From contig LFTP01000089.1 in the NCBI GenBank assembly GCA_001513395.1, positions 1 through 24,000 of the forward strand: a DNA stretch of 24,000 nt, read 5' to 3'. Each line of letters starts with the position of its first letter. Position 1 is the stretch's first letter. This DNA is from Clostridia bacterium DTU080. GTDB lineage: Bacteria > Bacillota > Limnochordia > DTU080. Both the position numbers and the translations under genes were made by a program. Shown piece by piece: positions 16,283 through 24,000 of the stretch. The notes under the pieces were generated by a model that worked only from the letters and a program-made list of their open reading frames with translations, did no database searches and was not told where the DNA came from.

Positions 16283-17387
16283 ACAGTCAAGGCAGTTACG
16301 GCTTGTTATCTCTGGCTACTACGGATTCGGTAATCTGGGCGATGAGGCAGTTTTGGCCGGGTTGCTGACCGGCATTCGCACCCTAACACCGGGTGTGTCA
16401 GTAGTAGTCTTGAGTGCGGATCCGTCAGCAACCTCGGCTGTTTACGATGTGGAGGCGGTGGATCGCGGCAGCCTGCCGCAGATCTGGCATGCCTTACGTG
16501 AGGCAGATGGCTTGCTGAGCGGTGGCGGAAGTCTTCTTCAAGATGTGACCAGTCGTCGCAGCATTTACTACTATCTGTCCGTCATGGCTGTGGCCCGGAT
16601 CTGTCGCCGGCCGTATTGCCTTTATGGCCAAGGAATAGGTCCCATTCAGAGGAATTGGGCTCGGCGCATGACCCGTTTCATCTTGGATGGCAGTTGCGGG
16701 GTCTGGGTGCGCGATGAGGCGTCGCTGCGGTTGGTCACCGAACTTTGCGCTCGACCCGCGGTCCTGTCGTTGGCAGGGGATCCGGCATTTCTGCTGCCGC
16801 CCTTGGTGGGGGAAGAGGAGCATACGGTTTCCGGCAGTCCCCGGTGGGTGATCGCCGTGCGTTCCTGGCAGGCTGAATCAGTGTGGTGGCCCAATCTGGT
16901 TGAGGCTTTGGGCCGGGCGGCTGTGAAGACCGGCGCTTCGCTTCTTTTTTTGCCTATGCACCGGGGGTTCGATAGCGAACTGTCGAGTCGGACGGCACGA
17001 CGGCTGAGGAAGGATTTCGGCCTGTCCGCCGAATTGTCAGAGATCGTCTCGGTACACCAGGCACGTCGATTACTGTCCGACGCTCACCTAGTGATCGGCA
17101 TGCGCTTGCACGCCCTTATTATGGGAGCGGCTGAGGGAACACCGGGTGTGGCGATCAGCTATGATCCGAAGGTGGAAGCCTTCGCTTCAGAAGCAGGATT
17201 GCCGTGGATTTCTTTGCAGCCTTTGCACACTGCATCGGGAGCTGAGCGCTTGTATCAAATGATCATCGCCGCTTGGCAAGCAAGATCTGATATTCGTTCC
17301 AGGTTGCGACAACACGCCAAGCTTCGGCAAGAAGCTGCCAAAGAAGGATTGGAGGCAGCCTTGCGAGCTGTTGGCATGACTTCATAG
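16275..17387 (+). CDS. csaB: Polysaccharide pyruvyl transferase CsaB
   Basis: GTG 16275 follows GGGGAGAGG and overlaps the upstream stop by 8 nt. Motifs LVISGYYGFGNLGDEAVLAGLL, LLSGGGSLLQDVTS and MRLHALIMGA are typical of CsaB-type pyruvyl transferases. The track start at 16194 is an upstream extension. Confidence 0.85.
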   Translation: MSEQSRQLRLVISGYYGFGNLGDEAVLAGLLTGIRTLTPGVSVVVLSADPSATSAVYDVEAVDRGSLPQIWHALREADGLLSGGGSLLQDVTSRRSIYYYLSVMAVARICRRPYCLYGQGIGPIQRNWARRMTRFILDGSCGVWVRDEASLRLVTELCARPAVLSLAGDPAFLLPPLVGEEEHTVSGSPRWVIAVRSWQAESVWWPNLVEALGRAAVKTGASLLFLPMHRGFDSELSSRTARRLRKDFGLSAELSEIVSVHQARRLLSDAHLVIGMRLHALIMGAAEGTPGVAISYDPKVEAFASEAGLPWISLQPLHTASGAERLYQMIIAAWQARSDIRSRLRQHAKLRQEAAKEGLEAALRAVGMTS

Positions 17388-17411
17388 CCATTGAAGAAAG
17401 GGCGGGACGGT

Positions 17412-18188
17412 ATGGGATCCGCATCCGGGCGAGACACGGTAGACGTCTTGGGGGTCGCGGTCGATCGCGTGACAATGCTTGAGGCGGTGGAGAGGGTCGA
17501 GTCCATGATGGCCTCATCCGTCTGCAGACAGTCGGGATCCGAGATGCATCATGTGGTGACTGTCAACAGTGAGATGGTCATGATGGCCAGAGAACGGCCT
17601 GATTTCGCGCAGATCTTGGCTCAAGCCTCTCTTGTGGTGCCCGACGGGATCGGCGTGGTCTGGGGAGCTCGGCTTTTGGGGGATTATCTCCCGGAACGCG
17701 TGGCCGGTATCGATCTGATGGATCAAGTGCTGGCCGCATGTGCAAAGCGAGGATGGCGCCCCTTCTTGCTCGGAGCCGCTCCGGGAGTTGCCGAACAGGC
17801 CGCCGCGGCGTTACAGCGACGGCATGCCGGACTGGAGATCGCGGGCGTTCACCACGGGTATTTCAATCACGATGAAGAAGCGACCGTACTGGAGCAGATC
17901 GAGAGTACCTCGCCTGATCTGCTGTTGGTGGCCATGGGAGCACCTCGCCAGGAGTATTGGATCGCCCGTCACCGCCACAGATTGCCCGTGGCCCTGGCGG
18001 TGGGCGTCGGCGGAAGTCTTGACGTATGGGCCGGACATGTAACCCGGGCTCCTCGATGGATGAGAGAGGTCGGGTTGGAGTGGGCGTATCGACTGCTCCG
18101 TCAGCCGCGTCGCATCCTGCGCATGGCGGCCTTGCCGCGCTTTGCTTTAACCGTCCTGTCGCACAGGTTTTTTCGCGGTCGACGGTAG
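17412..18188 (+). CDS. tagA: WecB/TagA/CpsF-family glycosyltransferase (N-acetylmannosaminyltransferase TagA-like)
   Basis: VDVLGVAVDRVTMLEAVERV...VTVNSEMVMMA...LVVPDGIGVVWGARLLG...LLGAAPGVAEQAA...LLLVAMGAPRQEYW...VGVGGSLDVWAG...APRWMREVGLEWAYRLLRQPRR. The start is ATG 17412 or TTG 17391; the latter lies 3 nt after the csaB stop. Confidence 0.88.
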   Translation: MGSASGRDTVDVLGVAVDRVTMLEAVERVESMMASSVCRQSGSEMHHVVTVNSEMVMMARERPDFAQILAQASLVVPDGIGVVWGARLLGDYLPERVAGIDLMDQVLAACAKRGWRPFLLGAAPGVAEQAAAALQRRHAGLEIAGVHHGYFNHDEEATVLEQIESTSPDLLLVAMGAPRQEYWIARHRHRLPVALAVGVGGSLDVWAGHVTRAPRWMREVGLEWAYRLLRQPRRILRMAALPRFALTVLSHRFFRGRR

Positions 18189-19238
18189 TCATTGGAGTCG
18201 GCCGCGAGCGGCGACGTTCCAGATCGTCTCTACCCGGTCTTGACGAATGACGTGCACCTGATCGAAAAGGTTGCTCACTGGACACACGTGATTGGGTATT
18301 ATCTCCACTCTCTGACCGATCTCCCAGTTTAGGGGACCATCCGCTGATTCCGCCACGCCGTGTTCCTCAGACAGGCGCACAATGTTTACCTGTGGGTATC
18401 CGAGCACCATACCGTAGCCGCTGAGGCCGAACAGATCGGACGAAAGGGCTTTGCTTCCGGCGTCGAGAATCGCCCGATGCGGTGTGGGACGACTGGCCAC
18501 CGTGGCCAAGACCCGCAGTGCGCAATCGTCCGGGCGAGCCGCTTTTGTCTCCACCGTATGACGGTCATTATAGACATAGGTGCCCGCGCGGTGCTCGTTG
18601 AAGATCTTCGCCTTGTGAGCCTCCCACATCTGCGGGGTACCTCCGCCACTCACCACCGGCACCGGAAGGCCGGCCTGTTGGATGAGGCGGACGGCCTCGC
18701 TCATGAAATCGGTGCCTTGGGGAATGGAGGTCGGATAGGTCATTAGGCCGCCGAATTGCAGCCCCGGGGAGTCGGCGATCTGCCTGGCCAGATCCAGAGC
18801 CTGCGTTGGAGCCTGCACGCCGCAACGGCCGAAGCCGGTGTCACATTCCACCAGAACGGAAAGCGGTTGGGTCTCGTTGCGCATGGCCTCGGAAAGCCCT
18901 TTCACTACTGACGGGTGATCGGCAGTGACTGACAAGCGCACCTTTCGGGCTAGATTCACCAGTCGCTGCAGTTTGGCTCGGCCGACTATATTGTAGGTAA
19001 TCAGGATATCGTCGGCCACCTCAGCCATGACTTCGGCTTCGCCGATTTTTTGACAGGTAATGCCGACGGCTCCGAGTTCCAGTTGACGTCGCGTCAGCTC
19101 TACCAACTTGTGTGTCTTGATATGCGGTCGGTTGGCGATGCCGTACTGATCGCAGTATTCTTGCCACTTTCGCAGATTGCGCTCTACGATGTCCAGATCA
19201 ACGATGATGGCGGGAGTGTCGATATCCGAGACTCGCAC
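18189..19238 (-). CDS. D-TA family PLP-dependent enzyme (D-threonine aldolase / D-serine dehydratase-like, alanine-racemase-N fold)
   Basis: GTG start at 19238 with GAGGGGGAG upstream. PLP-lysine motif RPHIKTHK, and C-terminal D-serine-dehydratase-like block LSEEHG...IIPNHVCPV. Confidence 0.85.
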   Translation of the reverse strand: MRVSDIDTPAIIVDLDIVERNLRKWQEYCDQYGIANRPHIKTHKLVELTRRQLELGAVGITCQKIGEAEVMAEVADDILITYNIVGRAKLQRLVNLARKVRLSVTADHPSVVKGLSEAMRNETQPLSVLVECDTGFGRCGVQAPTQALDLARQIADSPGLQFGGLMTYPTSIPQGTDFMSEAVRLIQQAGLPVPVVSGGGTPQMWEAHKAKIFNEHRAGTYVYNDRHTVETKAARPDDCALRVLATVASRPTPHRAILDAGSKALSSDLFGLSGYGMVLGYPQVNIVRLSEEHGVAESADGPLNWEIGQRVEIIPNHVCPVSNLFDQVHVIRQDRVETIWNVAARGRLQ

Positions 19239-19326
19239 ACATAACTCCCCCTCGTCAGAATTTGTCCCCGCATGGGTGAGCCGGGCGCCCCGGTTTCGTT
19301 TGTCTCAGGGAACCCGGTTGTTTTGT

Positions 19327-20046
19327 TTACAGAGCGCCTTGATGGATCTTGGAGAGGATATCCACTACACCGGCGACCATTGGGTATTCCGACACGTAAC
19401 CTACGATGCTCCGCACTGCAGGAGTGCAGTTGGCCGGAGCCGCGGCTTTTCCGGCAGCTTTGAGGATATCAAGATCATTGTCTGCGTCTCCTATAGAAGT
19501 GACTTCCTCGACCGGTACCTTTTCGATCTCGGCCCACAGAGCCAACCCGGCGTCTTTTGTCACCCCGTGAGGTACGACCTCAACCGAGCGACCGGAGTTG
19601 AAAATTTGGATGGGCAGCCCTTCCAGTGTTTTGCCCACGGCTTCAACGAGATCCGGCAGGTCCTTCTTGTCAGGAGGATTGACGCTGATCAGTACCTCTT
19701 TGCCAAATTCCACAACTATGTCAGTCCCCTCGACCATCTCGTGCAAGGTGGCCAAGATCTCGGGACGTTTGCGAAGAAACTCTTTCGGGACGTCCGGGTG
19801 AAGGATAAGATCTTTGGTGAGCGGGTGCATCAGTAAGGCCCCGTTTTCGCAGATGCAGTAAGATGCGACAAGCAATTGACGGGCCAGTGCCTCTTGAAAG
19901 GCGGGCGGTCGACCGGAACAGAAGGCGATCCGTAACATTCCGTCCCGGTTAAACTCAGCCACCTTCTGCAAATTGGAGAAGTCCCACATGGCGCCTCGAG
20001 GTGGTACGAGGCATCCGTCGATGTCGCAAATTACATGTCGAACCAT
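19327..20046 (-). CDS. HAD-IIB (Cof-type) family phosphatase
   Basis: Motif I is ICDIDGCLVP and motif IV is IGDADNDLDILKAAG, with a cap domain between them. ATG 20046 is preferred (CAGGAG SD 9 nt upstream); the track start at 20055 is an in-frame TTG. Confidence 0.85.
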   Translation of the reverse strand: MVRHVICDIDGCLVPPRGAMWDFSNLQKVAEFNRDGMLRIAFCSGRPPAFQEALARQLLVASYCICENGALLMHPLTKDLILHPDVPKEFLRKRPEILATLHEMVEGTDIVVEFGKEVLISVNPPDKKDLPDLVEAVGKTLEGLPIQIFNSGRSVEVVPHGVTKDAGLALWAEIEKVPVEEVTSIGDADNDLDILKAAGKAAAPANCTPAVRSIVGYVSEYPMVAGVVDILSKIHQGAL

Positions 20047-20172
20047 TGGCTGCAACTCCTGTCATCTGATGAGTGGTAGAAAACGGCCTATTTTGCTTCG
20101 TTGTATATCTTGCGTTGTCCTGCGTGCATCTATGGTCACGGGGATTTTGTCAGCAAGTATGATCCAAGCGAT

Positions 20173-20201
20173 TTGAAGGGCTTTCGTTTTTCGGCTATAA
20201 T
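20173..20201 (+). promoter_or_regulatory. Near-consensus sigma-A promoter for the S41 protease gene
   Basis: TTGAAG (20173-20178), a 17-nt spacer, then TATAAT (20196-20201), about 60-85 nt upstream of the candidate starts. Confidence 0.5.
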
Positions 20202-20263
20202 GAATGGACGACATTGTGTGAGCATAACGGTGGTCGGCGTGAATAGTATCGCTACGTAAAGCA

Positions 20264-21538
20264 ATGAGAGGCCGGGTGGGATTTATGACAGGACGGCGCA
20301 GGGTTGTTGTCGCCATACTGTTGGTAACCCTCGCAGTGTGCGGGTCATTGGCAATCGCCCGTCAGATTGTCGATGACAAAGAAAGGCCGCGCGAGGAACT
20401 GCGTACGGTGCTTGAGGTTGTTGCGCTCGTCAAGACGCAGTATGTCGATCCCGTTGAGGCCATTGACTTGCTGCGAGCGTACGTCGACAGTGGCTCAATC
20501 AACGGAATGTTGGCTGCTGTGCTGAAAGATCCGTACACACGGCACATGGACGCACAGGCTTTCAGTCAGATGCAGATTGACACGACCGGACACTTTGCCG
20601 GTATCGGCATCATGGTGGGTCTCAAAGACGACAGGCTCACCGTGATCGCTCCGATTGAGAACACTCCGGCCCACAGAGCCGGCCTGCGGGGTGGCGATCG
20701 GATCATCGCCATTGACTCGCGCTCCTCAGAATTCATGTCTCTTGATGAGGCGGTCAGTCTCATGAGAGGCAAAGAGGGAACGCAGGTCACGCTGACTATT
20801 GAACGGGGTACCGCTCCTCCGTTCGAGGTCTTCGATGTGATGATCGTTCGCGACATCATCGAGGTGCCGAGCGTGACGGACGTCGTTATCATCCAGGACG
20901 ATCCCTGGCCTGTTACGGAGCCGGTGGGCTACATCCGTCTCAGCCAGTTCAGTGAGCGTAGCAGCCAGGAGCTGGAAGAGGCTCTGCAACTGATGGCCTC
21001 CAACCGGGTGAAAAAACTGGTGTTAGACTTGCGCAATAATCCGGGGGGTCTGCTTTCGGCAGCCGTGGAGGTTTCCAGCAAATTCCTCGACGGCGGTCCG
21101 GTGGTTCACGTCGTGGGCAGAAATAACGCGAAAAAGACGTACACCGCCTTACCGAGGGCGAGTCAAGACGATTTTGAAATGGTCGTCCTGGTTAATGGCT
21201 TCAGTGCCAGCGCTTCGGAGATCGTCGCCGGTGCCTTGCAAGACAGGGGCGTAGCTACGGTGGTCGGAGAGCGCACGTTCGGCAAAGGGTTGGTGCAGGT
21301 CGTGATACCCATGCGTGACGGTTCAGCTCTCTCGCTGACCTCGGCGCGCTATCAGACGGCGGGCGGACGTTTCATCGACAAGACCGGTATCGAACCGGAC
21401 GTCGAGGTTAAACTCGATGAAGATCTGTTGGCAGGGATCGATCTGTCGACCCCCAGTCTTGAGGATCCGCAATTGCTTAAGGCCCTTGAGATACTGGAAG
21501 CCAACAGCGCAGGCTATAAACTAAAGAAGGCCGGATGA
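20264..21538 (+). CDS. S41-family C-terminal processing peptidase (Ctp) with PDZ domain
   Basis: N-terminal TM (VVVAILLVTLAVCG), PDZ domain (GIGIMVG...TPAHRAGLRGGDRIIAIDS), catalytic Ser block NGFSASASEIVAGALQD and Lys block TFGKGLVQ. The start is ambiguous among ATG 20264, GTG 20276 and ATG 20285. Confidence 0.92.
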   Translation: MRGRVGFMTGRRRVVVAILLVTLAVCGSLAIARQIVDDKERPREELRTVLEVVALVKTQYVDPVEAIDLLRAYVDSGSINGMLAAVLKDPYTRHMDAQAFSQMQIDTTGHFAGIGIMVGLKDDRLTVIAPIENTPAHRAGLRGGDRIIAIDSRSSEFMSLDEAVSLMRGKEGTQVTLTIERGTAPPFEVFDVMIVRDIIEVPSVTDVVIIQDDPWPVTEPVGYIRLSQFSERSSQELEEALQLMASNRVKKLVLDLRNNPGGLLSAAVEVSSKFLDGGPVVHVVGRNNAKKTYTALPRASQDDFEMVVLVNGFSASASEIVAGALQDRGVATVVGERTFGKGLVQVVIPMRDGSALSLTSARYQTAGGRFIDKTGIEPDVEVKLDEDLLAGIDLSTPSLEDPQLLKALEILEANSAGYKLKKAG

Positions 21539-21593
21539 GTTTTTGCTCGATTCCGGTTCGGGTTTTCAAAGATCGGATCTTCCTTTTGTAACC

Positions 21594-21630
21594 GAGGCGG
21601 CGCTATGGCCGTCTCCTTGGTATCTTTTTG
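21594..21630 (+). terminator. Possible weak terminator after the protease gene
   Basis: gaggcggc (21594-21601) pairs with gccgtctc (21608-21615): 8 bp with one G-U and a 6-nt loop. The sequence cttggtatctttttg follows, so the T tract is not immediately adjacent. Confidence 0.3.
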
Positions 21631-21833
21631 TCTGTTTTGGCGGGCAACGAGACACCTCAACAGGTGATTTCGGAGGTCCTCGCTTTGCGTTTTTCAGTTT
21701 CTCATGTATTCTCGGACAACAAGAACTCGGTTTTCGGAGTTGGCATCATGGTTTGTCGGATGCGGAGGGAGACGTGTGTTGTGCGGGTGAGCAATAATCG
21801 GCAGATCCTGGGCGGGGGTTGCGGATCTTGAGT

Positions 21834-23006
21834 ATGGGCGCGCCTTCTCCTCGCCCGCGACGAGCAGTATGGGCAGTTGCCGTCGGTGTTGTTTGTCTCA
21901 TATTGCTATTCGCTGGGACCAAGTTGCTGCTTCAACTTAGAGCACGGAATCATATTGCGAGAGAACGAACGTCACTGTCGCCGGAACCAGCGCGACAAGA
22001 GATGACTGGTGAAGTCGAGTGCGAGGAGGATCTTGATTCACCATCCGTTCCTGATCCTCAAAGAGCGGCCGTCGTACCATACGCATCTGAACCCAGCCTG
22101 GCGTTGGTGATTGATGATTGGGGTTACGATTGGGAGGCTGCCGAGGCTTTTCTGCAGATTCCTGCCCCGTTGACCGTGGCCATCTTGCCTCATTTGCGCG
22201 GATCGGCGGAGTATGCCGAGCGAGCGAGGGAAGCCGGTTTCGATGTCTTGGTACATCTTCCTTTGGAGCCGCTGGGCGGCTATCGGGTGGATGAGGCGGG
22301 TATGATTACCACGACGATGAGTGACAATGAGATCCGCTCTGAAGTTGAGGCGGCCATTGCTGCTGTTCCCGGGGCGATAGGGGTCAACAATCACATGGGA
22401 TCGAAAGCGACGGCGGATTCCAGGGTTATGCAGACTGTACTCGGGGCTGTGTGGGACGCCGGCTTGATTTTTCTGGACAGTCGGACGACGCCCGACAGCC
22501 GAGGATATGAGATCGCAAGTGATATGGGACTGGCCGCTTTGCGTAACAGGATCTTTATCGATGATGTTGATGATGTAACGGTTGTCAAGGAACGGTTGCT
22601 CACGGCGGCGCGGACGGCGCAAAAGGAAGGTTTTGCAGTCGCCATCGGACATGTACGCCCCGCGACGGCTGAAGCGATCATTGGGCTGTTGCCGGCCATT
22701 GAAGAGATGGGTGTTCGTTTGGTGCGTGTGTCGGAGTTTTTTGAGCGCATCGAAGTAGCTGGGGCCTACCCTTGGGTTTCACGCAGTGTTCAGGTTGTGG
22801 CATCGGAATCAGAGGACGAAAACGATCAGCGCCTTGCTCACGAGGCGTCTGACGTTTGGCCATATGTCTCCTCGTTATCGGAGTCGGAGCCGGTTGAAAA
22901 GATTGAGGAACAGAGCACCGAAGAGCCGCAGGAAAGCGTGGCTCGTGAACGAAATGGAGATGATGATCAACAGAGCAGCTGTTCGGCAACGGAGGAGGCG
23001 ACGTGA
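21834..23006 (+). CDS. Divergent polysaccharide deacetylase family protein (YibQ-like) with acidic low-complexity C-terminal tail
   Basis: N-terminal TM ([18 protein letters not shown]) and the blocks [45 protein letters not shown] and AIGHVRP. The start is ATG 21834 or TTG 21819. The stop TGA (23004-23006) overlaps the uvrB ATG. Confidence 0.85.
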   Translation: MGAPSPRPRRAVWAVAVGVVCLILLFAGTKLLLQLRARNHIARERTSLSPEPARQEMTGEVECEEDLDSPSVPDPQRAAVVPYASEPSLALVIDDWGYDWEAAEAFLQIPAPLTVAILPHLRGSAEYAERAREAGFDVLVHLPLEPLGGYRVDEAGMITTTMSDNEIRSEVEAAIAAVPGAIGVNNHMGSKATADSRVMQTVLGAVWDAGLIFLDSRTTPDSRGYEIASDMGLAALRNRIFIDDVDDVTVVKERLLTAARTAQKEGFAVAIGHVRPATAEAIIGLLPAIEEMGVRLVRVSEFFERIEVAGAYPWVSRSVQVVASESEDENDQRLAHEASDVWPYVSSLSESEPVEKIEEQSTEEPQESVARERNGDDDQQSSCSATEEAT

Positions 23007-24000
23007 TGCAGGCTCGGGAGACGCCGATCAGCCGGCCCTTTAGGGTTGTCTCGGATTACACACCTGCTGGAGATCAACCTCAGGCGATCGAGAAGTTGGT
23101 CGAGGCAATCGAGGCCGGACAGCGGTATATAACTTTGCTGGGGGCTACGGGCACGGGCAAAACCTATACCATGGCCGAAGTTATCGAACGGGTGCAAAAG
23201 CCGACCTTGGTGATCGCTCATAACAAGACTTTGGCCGCTCAGCTGTGCAGTGAGTTCCGCGCTTTCTTCCCTGATAACGCCGTCCATTATTTTATCAGCT
23301 ACTATGACTATTACCAGCCTGAGGCCTATGTGCCGCAGACGGATACCTATATCGAGAAAGACTCTTCGATCAACGACGAGATCGACCGCTTGCGCCACGC
23401 GGCGACAAGCGCCCTGTTCGAGCGACGAGATGTGTTGATTGTAGCCAGTGTCTCCTGCATCTACGGTTTAGGTTCCCCGGACGATTATGTAGCGATGACC
23501 CTGTCGCTGCAAAACGGGGATTTCCGTGACCGTGACAAGATCCTGCGCAAGCTGGTGGGTATCCAGTATACCCGCAATGACATCGGCTTTAAGCGGGGCA
23601 CGTTCAGAGTGCGGGGAGACGTAATTGAGATCGTCCCTGTCTATAACGAAAACGTTATTCGCATTGAGTTGTTCGGTGACGAAGTGGAGCGTATTCTAGA
23701 GCTGGATCCTCTCACGGGTGAGGTCTTGGCTCAGCTGGATAAGATCAGCATTTATCCGGCGACACACTACGTCACCCCGGAGGAGAAACTCAAAATAGCG
23801 TTGGCCTCCATTGAGCAGGAGCTGGAGGAGCGCGTGGCTTTCCTGAAACGGGAAGGCAAACTGCTGGAAGCGCAAAGGCTGGAGCAGCGGACACGCTACG
23901 ATTTGGAGATGTTGCAAGAGGTCGGCTATTGCCCGGGCGTTGAGAATTACTCGCGGCATCTCGACGGACGGCAGCCCGGCGAGCCGCCTCCAACCCTGCT
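23006..24000 (+). CDS. uvrB: Excinuclease ABC subunit UvrB, N-terminal ~331 aa (runs off the window, so absent from the ORF track)
   Basis: GGAGGAGG SD lies 7 nt before ATG 23006. The translation is [57 protein letters not shown]...[10 protein letters not shown]...[23 protein letters not shown], and the frame stays open to base 24000. Confidence 0.97.
   Translation, partial: MQARETPISRPFRVVSDYTPAGDQPQAIEKLVEAIEAGQRYITLLGATGTGKTYTMAEVIERVQKPTLVIAHNKTLAAQLCSEFRAFFPDNAVHYFISYYDYYQPEAYVPQTDTYIEKDSSINDEIDRLRHAATSALFERRDVLIVASVSCIYGLGSPDDYVAMTLSLQNGDFRDRDKILRKLVGIQYTRNDIGFKRGTFRVRGDVIEIVPVYNENVIRIELFGDEVERILELDPLTGEVLAQLDKISIYPATHYVTPEEKLKIALASIEQELEERVAFLKREGKLLEAQRLEQRTRYDLEMLQEVGYCPGVENYSRHLDGRQPGEPPPTL

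Noticed and set aside
15364-16368. 334-aa plus-strand ORF in an alternative frame spanning the end of the DUF5693-like gene and the start of csaB
   Set aside because: It is extremely Arg/Gly/Cys/Ala-rich with no SD, and it lies fully inside two genes whose own frames give coherent membrane-protein and CsaB sequences. This is a typical high-GC off-frame artefact.
19177-19836. 219-aa plus-strand ORF antisense to the HAD phosphatase and the D-TA start
   Set aside because: The minus strand encodes clear HAD motifs I and IV. The plus-strand product has no motifs and would overlap two well-supported genes.
22038-22989. Minus-strand ORFs (204, 119 and 103 aa) antisense to the deacetylase gene, and 143 aa antisense to the uvrB start
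   Set aside because: They have no motifs or SD, and the sense strand shows clear family signatures.
1-24000. Search for CRISPR repeats, transposase/integrase genes, tRNA/rRNA, toxin-antitoxin pairs or defence-system signatures
   Set aside because: I found no regularly spaced repeats, no terminal inverted repeats flanking any gene, and no recombinase-like ORFs. No tRNA-like T-arm motifs stood out on reading. The window appears to be a conserved chromosomal backbone rather than an accessory island.

Overview
This window looks like a moderately high-GC chromosomal backbone of a Bacillota (Firmicutes)-type genome; that assignment rests on gene content and order only. I saw no rRNA, tRNA, CRISPR array, transposase or integrase. 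Left to right: 3' end of an FGGY sugar kinase (+); a convergent, 3'-overlapping GH38 (MngB-like) alpha-mannosidase homolog (-); a small acidic ORF; a stand-alone hexapeptide-repeat protein; a Nudix hydrolase; comFA; comFC; csrA; about 650 nt of non-coding DNA; long-form hpf (raiA/yvyD); a secreted single-domain CBM-like protein on the opposite strand; secA; prfB with its programmed +1 frameshift. Tightly packed behind prfB are a DUF2993/LmeA-like protein, a large polytopic DUF5693-like membrane protein, csaB and tagA. Then come a convergent D-TA-family PLP enzyme and a HAD-IIB phosphatase (-), an S41 C-terminal processing protease, a YibQ-like divergent polysaccharide deacetylase, and the 5' part of uvrB, which runs off the window. 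The order comF - csrA - hpf - secA - prfB ... ctp ... uvrB mirrors the B. subtilis chromosome, but the flagellar block (flgM...fliW, hag) is absent. Most of the window is ordinary housekeeping. Four things deserve a second look. (1) The long structured non-coding gap between csrA and hpf sits where the raiA-motif ncRNA normally lies (between comFC and raiA). (2) The GH38 homolog has its metal-binding and nucleophile motifs all substituted, so it may be a pseudoenzyme. (3) The LmeA-like/DUF5693/CsaB/TagA module is fused onto the secA-prfB unit. (4) csrA has no fliW or flagellin partner nearby. All family calls come from motif recognition by eye; no searches were run.
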